From contig CM060732.1 in assembly GCA_030704615.1 (NCBI GenBank), forward strand, positions 25,296,001 through 25,360,000: DNA of 64,000 bases, written 5' to 3'. Positions within the stretch are counted from its first letter, which is position 1. Every line of letters begins with the position of its first letter. The position numbers and the translations under genes were made by a program. Positions 26,212-37,256 of the stretch are shown piece after piece. Source of the stretch: Takakia lepidozioides (lineage: Eukaryota; Plantae; Bryophyta). Below the pieces are notes generated by a model that saw only the letters and a program-made list of their open reading frames with translations, ran no database searches and had not been told where the DNA came from.

Positions 26212-27424
26212 TCGTATCTATGAGTGCTAGATACGAGTTAGTTGTAGCACTTGTGGTTTTTGCTTGAGAATGAGAGAAACCAAGTTGTTATGCAAGGAGC
26301 ACCGTGGAGCTCTTGGTTGTTAGAAGCGGAGGCGATGTGGGTTACGAGGTGGTAAACCTTGGCATTCGATCTTCAGCTTCAGAGATGAAAGCACCATACT
26401 GTAGGTATTCCAGAAGCACCTTGATGGTTTCAGATTGTGTACATGCATGAGCAAGCACGATTGGGGAGAGGACCAGTCAAGAGCAGGTTATAGTGGCTTT
26501 GGTGGCCAAAGCTGAGAACTGGACTTGGGAATGCGAGCTGTCATTGTGTGAAGGATTGCAAGACCAAGCGAAAGGCCTGATTTGGCTTGGGGCAAATCAG
26601 TGCACTTTGTTGAGTATGGTGAGATTGGGTTTCAATCTCGAGCTTCAGCATTGAGAGGGCTCTTGTCATGGCGAGAGCAGCGGCTGGAACAGGAGCTAAG
26701 AGGTGCGGCAAGGCCATGGAATGTGCACCTAGGGGTACAGAGCTGGAAGAAGAGCTCTTGCACCACAAGAGAAGTGTCTTGTGGCTGGAAATGTAAGCCT
26801 TAGGGTTTCAGGAGCTTGGCAAAGGCTATGGAGTGCTTAGTCTTGTCTAGAGAGCATAAAGGAGCCAAGGAGCAAGATAGGGGCTGATATCTCTTGTTGT
26901 GAAGAGGTTGCATGTGTGGAGCATGTATTCAGCTCATTGAAATTTTAGGCTGGTTTCCACTTGGAGTGAAAGAAAAGCACTTGTAGGGCCTATGTGAGTT
27001 GGGGTTTCAACTTCAAGCTTGAAGGGAGCGCAACTCTTGAAGCAGCAGGTGTAGGGGGCTGGAATAGGCTCTAAGACAGATGCTATGGCAAGGAGAGTGC
27101 TTGAATGAGTGCTCACAAGGGCTGGGAACCAGCAGGGCTTGGTTGTTTGCCATTGAGTTTAGTGGCGTTTGGGAGGCTAAGTGAGAAAGAAGGCTTGGTT
27201 TGTGGCAACCACCTCATGGCTTAGGGCTACTATGGTGGTGTGTGGGAGCCGAAAGAGCAAGGATACCTTGCTGATTTCCTCACAGCCACCATAGCTCGGT
27301 GGAAAGAAGCCTAGAGTCCAAGAGACACCCTAGCTTGGCGTGGCTAAACCCCTTGGAGAAATGGCTAAACTGCCATGCGGCAAGTTTGTAAAAAGACAAA
27401 CAACCCCACATTTTGTTGTGAATG

Positions 27425-28030
27425 AGGCTGTGAATAAACGGGCAAGCCGGCTGTGACAAAAAGGCTGTGACTGTGAAACAAGGCTGTGAGGCTGTGACAG
27501 GCTGTGGAAACACAGGCTGTGAGGGGCTGTGACAACAAGGCGGCTGTGACCCAAAGACAGGCTGTGAGGCTGTGACCCCCTGTGAAGGCTGTGAGGGCTG
27601 TGAGGCAAAGGCGGGCCAAAATGTGGGCTGTGATGGGGCTGTGACAGGCTGTGTGAAGTTGTGAGGGCGGCTGTGAGGGGCTGTGACATGAGGCCTGTGA
27701 AAGGCTGTGACGGGCTGTGTCCGGGCTGTTGTGAGGGCTGTGATGAATCCTGTGGGCCGGTGGGGCTGTGTGATGTTGTGAATGTGAGGGGCTGTGACAA
27801 ATGTGACGGGCTGTGAGGGGCTGTGAGGGGCTTGAGGCGGCGGCTGTTGAGATTGTGATTTGAGGGGCTGTGACCTGTTGGGCCGGGCTGTGTGAGAATT
27901 GACCTTGATCCTGTGCCTGAGACGGGCTGTGAGATGATGTGACGAGCTGTGAGGGGCTGTGACAGGCTGTGCCCAGTGGCCTGTGGGACTGTGACGGCTG
28001 TGACCAGTGAGCTGTGTGGGCCTGTGCTGG
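27425..28030 (+). repeat. Degenerate (GGCTGTGA)n array in the 5' leader of the retroelement
   Basis: Dozens of GGCTGTGA/GGCTGTG units with short spacers. Confidence 0.9.
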
Positions 28031-28291
28031 TCTGTGGTGGCCCGTGTTGACCTGTGGATGGCCTGTGCTGACTCGTGGAGGCACTGGTGGACTAAGGACT
28101 GGCATGTGGTCTGGAAGGCCGAATTTTGAAGCTCGTGGAGGGGTTTGAGGAGTATCTTCATGATATTCCCATGGTCATGCAAGTTCAGGTGTAGGCTATG
28201 TTAGGAACTTAGTATTCCAAACCATAAGCCGCAACAGGTTCTCTACCCGGTTACCTTGTGGAGAGGGGGTTAGGGACATGTTCATGACCGG

Positions 28292-30083
28292 TTGAGTGTC
28301 AACACGGAGGTGCCACTAGTTGCTGGGGACAGTGCCGGTTCGAGCACTAGCGATACTAGTGGGTACACGAGACGAGGTGTGCGGTTTAGGCCACCTTCAC
28401 CTCCTGTGTCTTCCACGGAAGGTTCTGATTCGGATTGTGAATCAGGAGGACTCATACCGGCGGTGCAAGTTGTTTCTTTGCCATTGTTGTGGGACACAAT
28501 GGAGGAGATGTATGGAGCTACCAAGGGGCCACGAAGGTACTCTGGGGCGGTGGGCCATCGAGTTGGATGATTTTATCCAAGAGTTTGATAGTTGTGTGAT
28601 TTGCAGCAAATGCGCAATCCACAACTATTTACGCCGTTCATGGCATGGAAAGGGCTGTTTCAGCACCTTGAGGGGCCTATGGATGATTACCATGAGTTCA
28701 GGCGGGGGCATGAGGTTGAGATCGAGGAGTGGAGGATGTACTGGTCACCCGACTATGTCTCCATCACTAGGGGCACTAGAGCCACGAGGGCAGTGGCTAC
28801 CTGCCGCTGCACCGGCAGCTTCAGCAAGCAGCAGTGGGACTGGTGGTACAGTAGCTACGACGTCCACCCAAGCCACTACCGCACCAGCACTAGCACCCGT
28901 GCCTGCCTTCAACCCTGTTGTGGAGTTCTTCGAAGAGTTGAGAGGGAACTACCAAGGGGTGAGGACAGAGAAGTTGCGGAGCTTGCAAGAGTTCCAACGG
29001 AAGCCGACCGAGAGCTTGAGGGAGGCTTTCACTCGCATGAGGCGCTTGATAAATGTAACCCAAGGGGTTACGGAAGCTCAGGCAGTCCAATTCTGGTATG
29101 GGATATTGGACAAGGAGCTGAGGAGAAGGGTGCGGGATGCAACTCTCCTACAAGCGGCCCAACCCACCTTAGCAAATGTGTTTTTGCTGGCAGAGCGGAT
29201 AGAGCTCAACATGGTGGAGGAACGAGTGGTCATGGTGGGATTTGCTAAGGAGACACCACGGGGTAGTGGTGCTCCTAGCCAACCACTACCTCAACGTGCT
29301 CAAGGCAACAAGGGGGCTCAGGTGAAGCTCAGGGAAGGGCAGAGAGGACCTCAGATGCAGGGGTCTCTCCCTTCATTTGCTGGCCAACAACGGGCGGATG
29401 TGGTGTGCTGGACATGTGGAGGACCCCATGTCAAGAAGGATTGCCCAGAGGGAGGCAAAGGGTCGGCACATGCACAGCCTGCACAGTTGCAGTGTGGGCA
29501 TTGTGGCAAGCACGGGCATGGAGAGGCCCAGTGTTATGGTTTGCATCCTGAGTTGCGCCCAGGCCAGTTCCAAGGGAACAATGGTGGCCGGGGGCGAGGT
29601 GGAGCAGCCCAGAGAGGACGAGGTGGCCAGCCACGAGGTGCAGGCCAAGGGCAAGCTCAACGTGGCCAAGGACGCGGAGGTCAGGGTGTTGACCAAGGCA
29701 TGGCCAACCGGCTTCAGCAGCTAGAGCAGAGGCTCGCTGCCATGGCTACAGCTCAGGTGGTACCGGCTCTAAGGCCGGATGGTCCACCTCCTGCTCCTGA
29801 GGGAGGAGATATGGGAGGCATGGGATTCATGTGTGGAGCAGCACTACCACTAGTGCAGGTGGAGTCTGCTGCAGCCGTGACTCGAGGAGCAGCACGAGTT
29901 CCTGAGCCACGAGGTGCAGAGGTGGAGTTGGATCCACAGCGTGGGGAGGCAAGCCGTCAGGCTAGGCTTCCTCAGTCATTCACATTGGCGGAGACAGTGT
30001 CGACGCCATCCATGGCACCTAGTTCTCGCCCGACTGTTACCGAGGCGGAGGTACTATGCCATTGGGGAGAGCTACACGGGTAG
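28292..30083 (+). CDS. Gag (frameshifted) with two zinc knuckles and an RGG-rich tail
   Basis: ELDDFIQEFD, FQRKPTESLREAFTRM, CWTCGGPHVKKDC, CGHCGKHGHGEAQC, GRGRGG. Confidence 0.85.
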
Positions 30084-30173
30084 CACCACTACCTAGTGTT
30101 GCCAAGGCTACGGCAGCTAGTGTGCTGCTAGGAGCGGCCACATCTGTGTGCCAGGCTCCATTGTTCGGCTACC

Positions 30174-30850
30174 ATGATTGCGACGCCGGGGGTAAGACCA
30201 GCTGAGGTGTTCAGGCTGGCAGCTACACTCTGTGAGAGTGGGGAGGTTACTTCATCTTCTGCGGAGATAGTGGGAGGTGTAGTGCCGGAGGGATCCTCGG
30301 ATTTGAGGGTCAAGACTGCCACGGCGGCGCCATGGCAAGCTGCAGCTGCCAGGTTGATGGAGCTGCCAGCTAGGCCAGCCATTGAGCGCGCCATGGTGAC
30401 ACCTGGAGTTGTCATGTTAGACAACCAGGATGGCATTTTCTGTTTGAGTGGACCGGCAGGCAAGAGGTACCGGCCACTGCGGGTCTTGTTGGACTCGGGA
30501 GCTCAGCCACTGATGCTGGGCAGAGCTGCTATTGCAGGCTTGGGCCTCACGGAGGCGGATATGGAGCCTTGTCCTTTCCAGATACAGACGTCTCTGGGAG
30601 GATCGGAGCAGGCTCGGGGCATGACACGGTGAGTTGGCTATCAGACTACGGCCGGATCACCCTACAGATGGCTCAGTGATGCGAGCCAAGGCCATTGTGA
30701 CAGACGCAGTCTCATACGATGTCCTGGTTGGTGGGGCAGTGTTGTACCCCATGGGCTTCACCCTGGATTTTTGGGAGGAGTCAGCTTCCTATAGGCCTGC
30801 ATGGCAGTCAGGGGAGGGCCGGCGTGTGCAGCTCCCTGTGACGTTCATAG
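30174..30850 (+). CDS. Retroviral-like aspartic protease region
   Basis: VLLDSGAQ catalytic motif, later YDVLVG. Confidence 0.8.
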
Positions 30851-31127
30851 GAGGAGTTGCGGTTGCCCAGCGAGGCAAGATGCCGACACTAGCAGCATTC
30901 ACAGCGGCAGTGAGTTGGCCTAGAGAGTTGCTTGAGGGCAATGCTCATTCAGAGGATGTACCACCTCCGGGAGAGCAGGATGACATGTATGGTATGGCGG
31001 AGTTGCCTACCATGGTTGCTCAGACTCCATTGTGGGGCACGAGCAAGGATTTGCAGCGGGATGCTGATCGACGGGTGCAACAAGCCTGGGTGGAGGCTTT
31101 TGTACCGTCAGGAGAGGAGGAGAGAGT

Positions 31128-32150
31128 GTGGGGATTGCACCAGGACCACCTCAATTGTCTCCATTGGACACCACACCTATTGTGTGGCAGTCTCCGGATG
31201 AAGGCATTTGTCTTCTGGACTTGTTTGGCGGGATCAGCACCGGATTGGCTGCTGTGTTACAGGCAGGTGTACGAGTTCGGCGTTACCTGTATGTGGAGAG
31301 GGATGAGACTGCACGACGCGTTTCACTTCGCCATGTTGCTCAGTTGGTGCAGCGGTACCCTGAGTTGTTGTCGGTGTCTGCAATTCGTGGATATCAGCAG
31401 GCCTTGCCAGCAGACATTTCGTTGCTGGGGGCGCAGGATTTGGAGCGGGTTGGCTCCATTGATCTGGTAGTGGCAGGTTGGCCTGCCAAGGGCATTCATC
31501 AGCCGGGCATGGCAATGGATTGCGAGACTCGAGGTCGGGTCTGTTTTGGGAGATGGTGCGGGTTTTGCGCCACTTGCAGCTTCATCAAGCTGTATCTCCA
31601 GCATACATCTTGGAGAATGTGCCACTGATGGGCGATTCTCGGGCCAGGGTGATGGCCAGTGTGCATCAAGTCCGGTCGTGGCTTGGGTCAGCAGTGTTGC
31701 TAGAGATGCAGCTACAGTGGGGTCACGGGCTCATCGTCCACGGCTATGGTGGACTAACATGATGCCACCCGCACTGCTCAAGCGTGCATTTGATGGGGTG
31801 CAGCGGCCAGCACATCTCACAGTGGATAACATTCTGGACACAGGGAGGCAGTCTCAACGTGTGAGACACGATGACCGTTCGCCTTTGGCAGTGGTCAACA
31901 AGGTGGGTCAACCACGAGCAGCATTACCTACACTGCTCAGCTTCCCAGGATCGCATGCTTTCCGGGATAGTGGACCTGGCCTCCTGTGGGATGCTCAGTT
32001 GCAGCAGTTAGTGGAGCCTAATGCTGACGAGCGTGAGCGGGCAATGGGTTTTACGGGGGGCGGTGTCGTCTCTTTCTGAGGCATCACGTCGTCAAGTGTT
32101 GGGGCAAGCAATGGATCTCAATTGCTTGACCTGGATTATCAGCTTGGCTC
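31128..32150 (+). CDS. C5 cytosine DNA methyltransferase domain (DNMT3-like) inside Pol, frameshifted
   Basis: Motif I LLDLFGGI; II YVERD; IV DLVVAGWP|CQGHS; GLRDSRSGLFWE; VI ILENV; VIII AHRPRLWWTN; IX ERERAMGF; X RRQVLGQAM. Confidence 0.9.
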
Positions 32151-32604
32151 TAGCTGAGCAACGCAGAGTGCGGAATACACTTCCCTCAATGGTCTCTCTG
32201 CCTACCGAGACGGTACAGGCAGTGAGTGGGGGCGAGCATATGAGGACCACGGGGTGCATGCATCCATGGCACACGTGGGAGGTGCTCGAGGTTCAGAGGG
32301 AGTTGGCAGCCAAGGCGGCTGTGATGGATGAGGTTGGGGATTCTTCTCGGGTTGAGGAGGTCCTCAAGGATGAGATGATGGGGCAGGATGAGGCCTTGTC
32401 ATTGACTGAGCAGGTAGGGAGTACTGCTCAAGAGGTTGCAGCATAGCAACCACGGGACGCGTCCTCTACCTCTAAGCCCACTGGACTTAAGGTTGTAGTT
32501 ACGGAGGACAATTGGGAGCCTGACATTGGACCCATTGTCACGGAGGAGAGAGACGACGTATACGGCGGTTCCTGAGGGCTTACAGGAATTGCTTTGCCTT
32601 CAGT

Positions 32605-35420
32605 TTGAAGGACTTGGGAGCACTGAAGGGTCAAGAGATCCGTATTGAGTTGGCCACTGACACGCCAATCTTTCGGAGACCCTATAGATACAGTGACATG
32701 GAGAGGTCTTTGATTCAGATGAGGACTCAAGATCTCTGGGAGGCAGGTTTGGTGGAGCTCTCTGGTGGAGAGTATGCTTCAGCCACAGTGATGCCAGCCA
32801 AGAAGGATGTATGGCAATTGGACGGAGAGACGTATGTGCGGTGATTACCGGCCTGTAAATCGTCAGACCAAGTCCGATAAGTATGCCATGCCAACACCAG
32901 AGGAGATCTTTGATGCCATCGGGCATGCTAAGGCCTTTAGCACTTTGGATTTACGATCCGGATCACCAGTTGCCAATCAAGGAGGCGGACAAGCAGAAGA
33001 CGGCATTCTGGGGGATCAATGAGCACGGCAAGGATTGCCTATATCAGTGGCGGTTCTTACCATTTGGGCTTAAGAATGCTCCTGCAGAGTTTCAGAGAGT
33101 CATGGATAGGATTCTAGCAGGGGTGGACTTTGCTCGGTGCTACATAGATGACATCATCATCTTTAGTGTTACGATGGAGGAGCATGAGAGACACCTTCAG
33201 GTGGTATTGGAGCGCTTGAGAGCGCACGGATTGAAGTTGCATCCGGGGAAGTGCAAGTTTTTCCACAACCAGATTGAGTATCTGGGTCACATGATATATC
33301 CTGGAGGATTGGGGGTACAGCAGACTAAGGTAGAGGCCATTGCACAAATTCCACGCCCCACGGATGTGAGCCGAGTTCGAGCTTTCATGGGGTTGGCAAA
33401 CTATTATAGACGGTTTGTCAAGGGATTTAGTACCATTGCAAAGGCTCTAACCAAGCTGACCAAGGTGGACCAGGAGTGGCAGTGGGAAGATGAGCAGGAA
33501 CGAGCTTTTCAAGAGCTCAAGGCGAGGTTGACCTCGGCGCCTATCTTGAGACGACCTATCAGGGGGCGTCCCTTTCAGCTGCATACGGATTGGAGCATGC
33601 TGGGGCTTGGAGCGGTGCTCACACAGGTGGATGATGAGGGAAGAGAGTTCGTAGTGGCTTACGCTAGCCGCTCGAACAACGCTGCAGAGGCTAAGTACAG
33701 CTCATATGAGGGAGAGTGCTTAGCTGCAGTGTGGGCCGTGGCACACTTCAGGTGCTATCTATACGGCAATCTTTTCACCCTTGTCACGGATCACCAGCCA
33801 CTCAAGTGGTTGATGGAGTCAGACAAGCTTACGGGGAAGCTTGCACGGTGGGCACTTATACTCCAGGAGTATGACTTTCAGGTTGTGCATCGACCGGGTT
33901 TGGTCAATCGGGATGCGGATGGATTGAGTCGCAATCCATGCATGAGCCAGCAGGATGACACTGGAGCTCGGTGGCATGGTGAGACGGACGAGGAGATGGT
34001 GCCGGGATGGCACGCATCTGCATTTTTGTGTATCTTGGCATCGGGAGGTCAGATTGGACCTACAACAGGGATGACTGTAGACGGAGTGTCTGAGGACCCT
34101 GAGGCTAGTGATGAGCTAGGTGGTGCCAGAGATATACATGAGGATTCGGCTGTGTTGGACTACCTCCGCACGGGAGACACGGCAGCCATTGTGACTGCCA
34201 GGGAGAGGGATCGGATCCTGCAACGAGCCAAGAGGTTCAAGTGGGAGGGGATACACCTACTTCGAGTGTGGGAGGATGGTCGGGTGAGGATTGTGCCTCA
34301 CCCCACACAGCGTGCACGGTTAGTGCGGCATGCCCATGAGGAGTTGGGGCATTTTGGAGTGCGACGCACTCACAGTTTACTGCAGGGGCAGTATTGGTGG
34401 CGTGGTATGCATACAGAGGTGCAACAGTTTGTGGCTAGGTGCATGGTGTGTGACAGGGTGCGTGCTTCATTCAACGCCCCTACACCACAGTTGCATCCTT
34501 TACCAATCATGGGATTGGGCTACAGGTGGAGTCTTGACTTCGCAGGACCGTTGCCACTGACTATGCGCCACCACAGATATGTGTTGGTGATGGTGGAGCA
34601 CTTCTCCAAGTGGATTGAGTTGGTTCCATTGCCTGACAAGGCTAGTGAGGGGGCTGCGTATGCATTCTTGGATCGTGTGCTTAGCCGATTTGGTGCTCCA
34701 GCTGAGGTACTCACGGACCAAGGGAGAGAGTTCTTGGGGGAGTTTCAGGCTTTGTGTGATAAAGCCTTGATAGACCACCGCACCACTTCTCGGGATCATC
34801 CTGAGGCCGATGGCTTAGCAGAGAGAGTTGTTCAGACGGTGAAGAGGGGTTTGCGCAAGTATGGCTTGCAGAAGGGACACCTAGGAGATTGGGATCTTCA
34901 GGTTCCTTGGTTAGCCATGGGCTACAGGTTCAGCAAACAAGCATCACTTGCCTCCTTCTCACCATATTTCCTTCTCTTTGGCCGAGAGCCGGATTTGCCT
35001 GCAGCCATTCGTAGGGACACTGCTCAAGTCCTTAACCTTGACGATCCGGACGTGGGTACGTGCATGTGATCAGCGTGCAGAGTTGTTCAAGAAAGTCATG
35101 CCCATGGCTTTTGAGAACCTTGCCATTGCACAGCACCGTGATACGTTGAGGTATGCCACTATACGTGGTGGAGGATATCGTCCTGGGGTTCGGAGGTTTA
35201 GCCCTGGTGACTATTTATTTGCAGCAGACTGCTCCTACGACTCTGGATGTTACTGCAGGGCGTGTTATTCTGAGGGTTCGAGAGGTGTTGCCCTCAGGGG
35301 TCCTGATCTTAGAGGGTCGGGATGGCATGACTTGGAAAGACCATGTGCGTAATTGTGCGCCATGTCACCTTCCCAATGTCGATGGCAGAGTTGACCCAAA
35401 CTTGGCAGTGGTACCTGCAG
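32605..35420 (+). CDS. Reverse transcriptase, RNase H and integrase (Ty3/Gypsy Pol)
   Basis: RMCGDYRPVN, LPFGLKNAP, YIDD, HTDWS..LGAVLTQ, YEGECLA, TDHQPL, HEELGHFG..CMVC, SLDFAG, TDQGREF, GLAER. Confidence 0.95.
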
Positions 35421-35428
35421 GTTTGAGG

Positions 35429-35562
35429 TGCATGCTCTGTGGGTCTGCCAAAGGGGCAGCCACCATGCTGGTGTGATCGATGCTCAAGGGGTTGGCATAT
35501 GGGGATGCTTGACACCACCTCTTGAGAAGGTTCCTGACGGAGATTGGTTGTGTCCACACTGC
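35429..35562 (+). CDS. PHD finger at the integrase C-terminus
   Basis: With two small indels corrected: CMLC..MLV(C)DRCSRGWHMGCLTPPLEKVPDGDWLCPHC = C4HC3. Confidence 0.85.
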
Positions 35563-35829
35563 TTGGGATAGTGGCAGTGGACATGACTGGAGGCAGCTAA
35601 CAAGACATGGGAGGCCAAGCTCATAGGAGTCAATACATGATCCCAAGCTCAAGTTCACAGGTTGCAAGACGGCGACTAACGATGGGGCAACTCTTGCACC
35701 CGGCCTCTTGATCTATCGAGTTTGAGTGTAGTAGGGATAGTGGTGGAGGACTTAGTGAGGCTATGGTCACTATCACATCTTGTGGCTACCTGGACTTAGA
35801 GGGACCTAAGCACCAGCTAGGGGGGCGAT

Positions 35830-36531
35830 TGTGTGGACTAGTGACTGCCATAGTGGGCAGCATAGTGGCAGCCTAGTGACTGACTAGTTGTAGCCTAGTG
35901 GTTGGACTAGTGGCTGGACTAGTACTAGTGGTATACTAGTGTGTGGTGTGCACATGTGTTGTGTGGTTTTGGACAGCGTATGTAGTTGTGTAGCGATATG
36001 TATGCGCACGACAGCTGTCAAGTTATTTTACCACTAGTGTGAAACTAGCTAGGAAATAGCTAGCTTTTACATATTGACATTTGGGATTGGCCCAAGTGTC
36101 AATCCAGGGGTCAAGGCAGATTTAGGCCCTGGAGTGGTTATCTTCACGGCAAGCGCGGGAGGCTCATCTTTCTCGAGTTGAGCCTCACCGCGCCTAGCTA
36201 TGGCGCCGTAGTGTGGATTCCCCATGGCGTGGGGTGCACTTGGCTTGACTTGTATTTGAGTGATGAGGTTATATATGCATGAGTTTATGCTTCAGCTTTG
36301 TGAGCTCGCATGAGCTTGTGCTTGTATTCTTCTTCTTTATCATTGTGTGGACTAGTGACTGCCATAGTGGGCAGCATAGTGGCAGCCTAGTGACTGACTA
36401 GTTGTAGCCTAGTGGTTGGACTAGTGGCTGGACTAGTGGTAGACTAGTGGTATACTAGTCTGTGGTGTGCACATGTGTTGTGTGGTTTTGGACAGCGATG
36501 TAGTTGTGTAGCGATATGTATGCGCACGACA
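35830..36531 (+). repeat. 3' repeat block: B1 (35830-36013) + GC + A2 (36016-36342) + T + B2 (36344-36531), preceded by PPT AGGGGGGCGA
   Basis: Direct comparison of copies; B1-GC-A2 forms a TG...CA LTR right after the PPT. Confidence 0.93.
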
Positions 36532-37256
36532 TCAGCGATAACAAATTTGTCTCGGCCTGCATGGTTTTTGCTCATGGTTTCTTAATTCCTCTGTTTCCAT
36601 GCATTGACGAGATGTATCCATCATTTCTCTTCCTCTTGTATCCATGGTACATTGACCTTCCGATTCCATGGATTGACCAACACGCCTTCTCACAGACCTC
36701 AACTTCCATTGTAAGGTAGGCATGACGACCACAACCTGAAAGTCGGTGTAGTCGTCGGGGGATGTCAAACCCTAACTCTCTCTTTGCATCAAAAGAAGAT
36801 GCATAGAACTTACTCCGGATAGCCTTAGTTTTTTCCCAGCTAAAGTGTTGACAACAGTTTCGAGCACAACAGCTCACAGAGCTTACTACTTGAATTGACT
36901 CCGAATTTAAGAGTCGGATCAATTTCTTCCCCTAGTGTTCCCATCTCCATTTCAAACTCGTTTCAAACATTTATACTGCGATTTCTTAACTCCTTCGAGG
37001 TGGTCATCCTCCGTGTCTGACTCGTGCTCGTCATAAAACTTTGTGAGCAACTTTGATAGTTTGCGGCCGTCTCAAAGTTTTGCAAGATGACGCTCACTAA
37101 ACTACTAGAGAGACGCCTGCCATGACAAAATCCCTCTCTAGATGTATTCAGACATGTACCCTCAGCGACAATTCTGGGAACTGGAGAGCCGACAAGTTGG
37201 ATTAAATTCACGGTTTCTCCGACAAACAACTGTCCACAGGTGCTAACCATCTTCAA
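36532..37256 (-). pseudogene. Transposase-like gene, 5' part (continues at 25868 after the LTR insertion)
   Basis: CCARNCC...VCEKACWSIHGI...HGNRG...TMQAETNLLSL; upstream VAEG..CHGRRL segment resembles Tnp1/EnSpm-type domains. Confidence 0.6.

Larger units (their letters stand above)
25869..36531 (+). mobile_element. Ty3/Gypsy retrotransposon with gag-PR-DNMT-RT-RH-IN-PHD and permuted (split) LTRs
   Basis: Termini TGTC...GACA; TCAG TSD (25865-25868, 36532-36535); interrupts a reading frame that is restored on removal; RT-RH-IN domain order. Confidence 0.93.

Noticed and set aside
27280-28182. Three long overlapping minus-strand ORFs (SQP/HS/TA-rich)
   Set aside because: Artefact of the stop-free GGCTGTGA repeat; no domain.
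28225-28255. CCGCAACA followed by GGTTCTCTACCCGG as the LTR end plus PBS
   Set aside because: No 3' counterpart exists and I cannot match it to a tRNA; the 26195-26211 site fits better. Not fully excluded.
35830-36531. Classifying the split-repeat element as DIRS/PAT/Ngaro
   Set aside because: It encodes a protease and a DDE integrase, has a TSD, and contains no tyrosine recombinase; the YR at 20416-21846 is a separate element.
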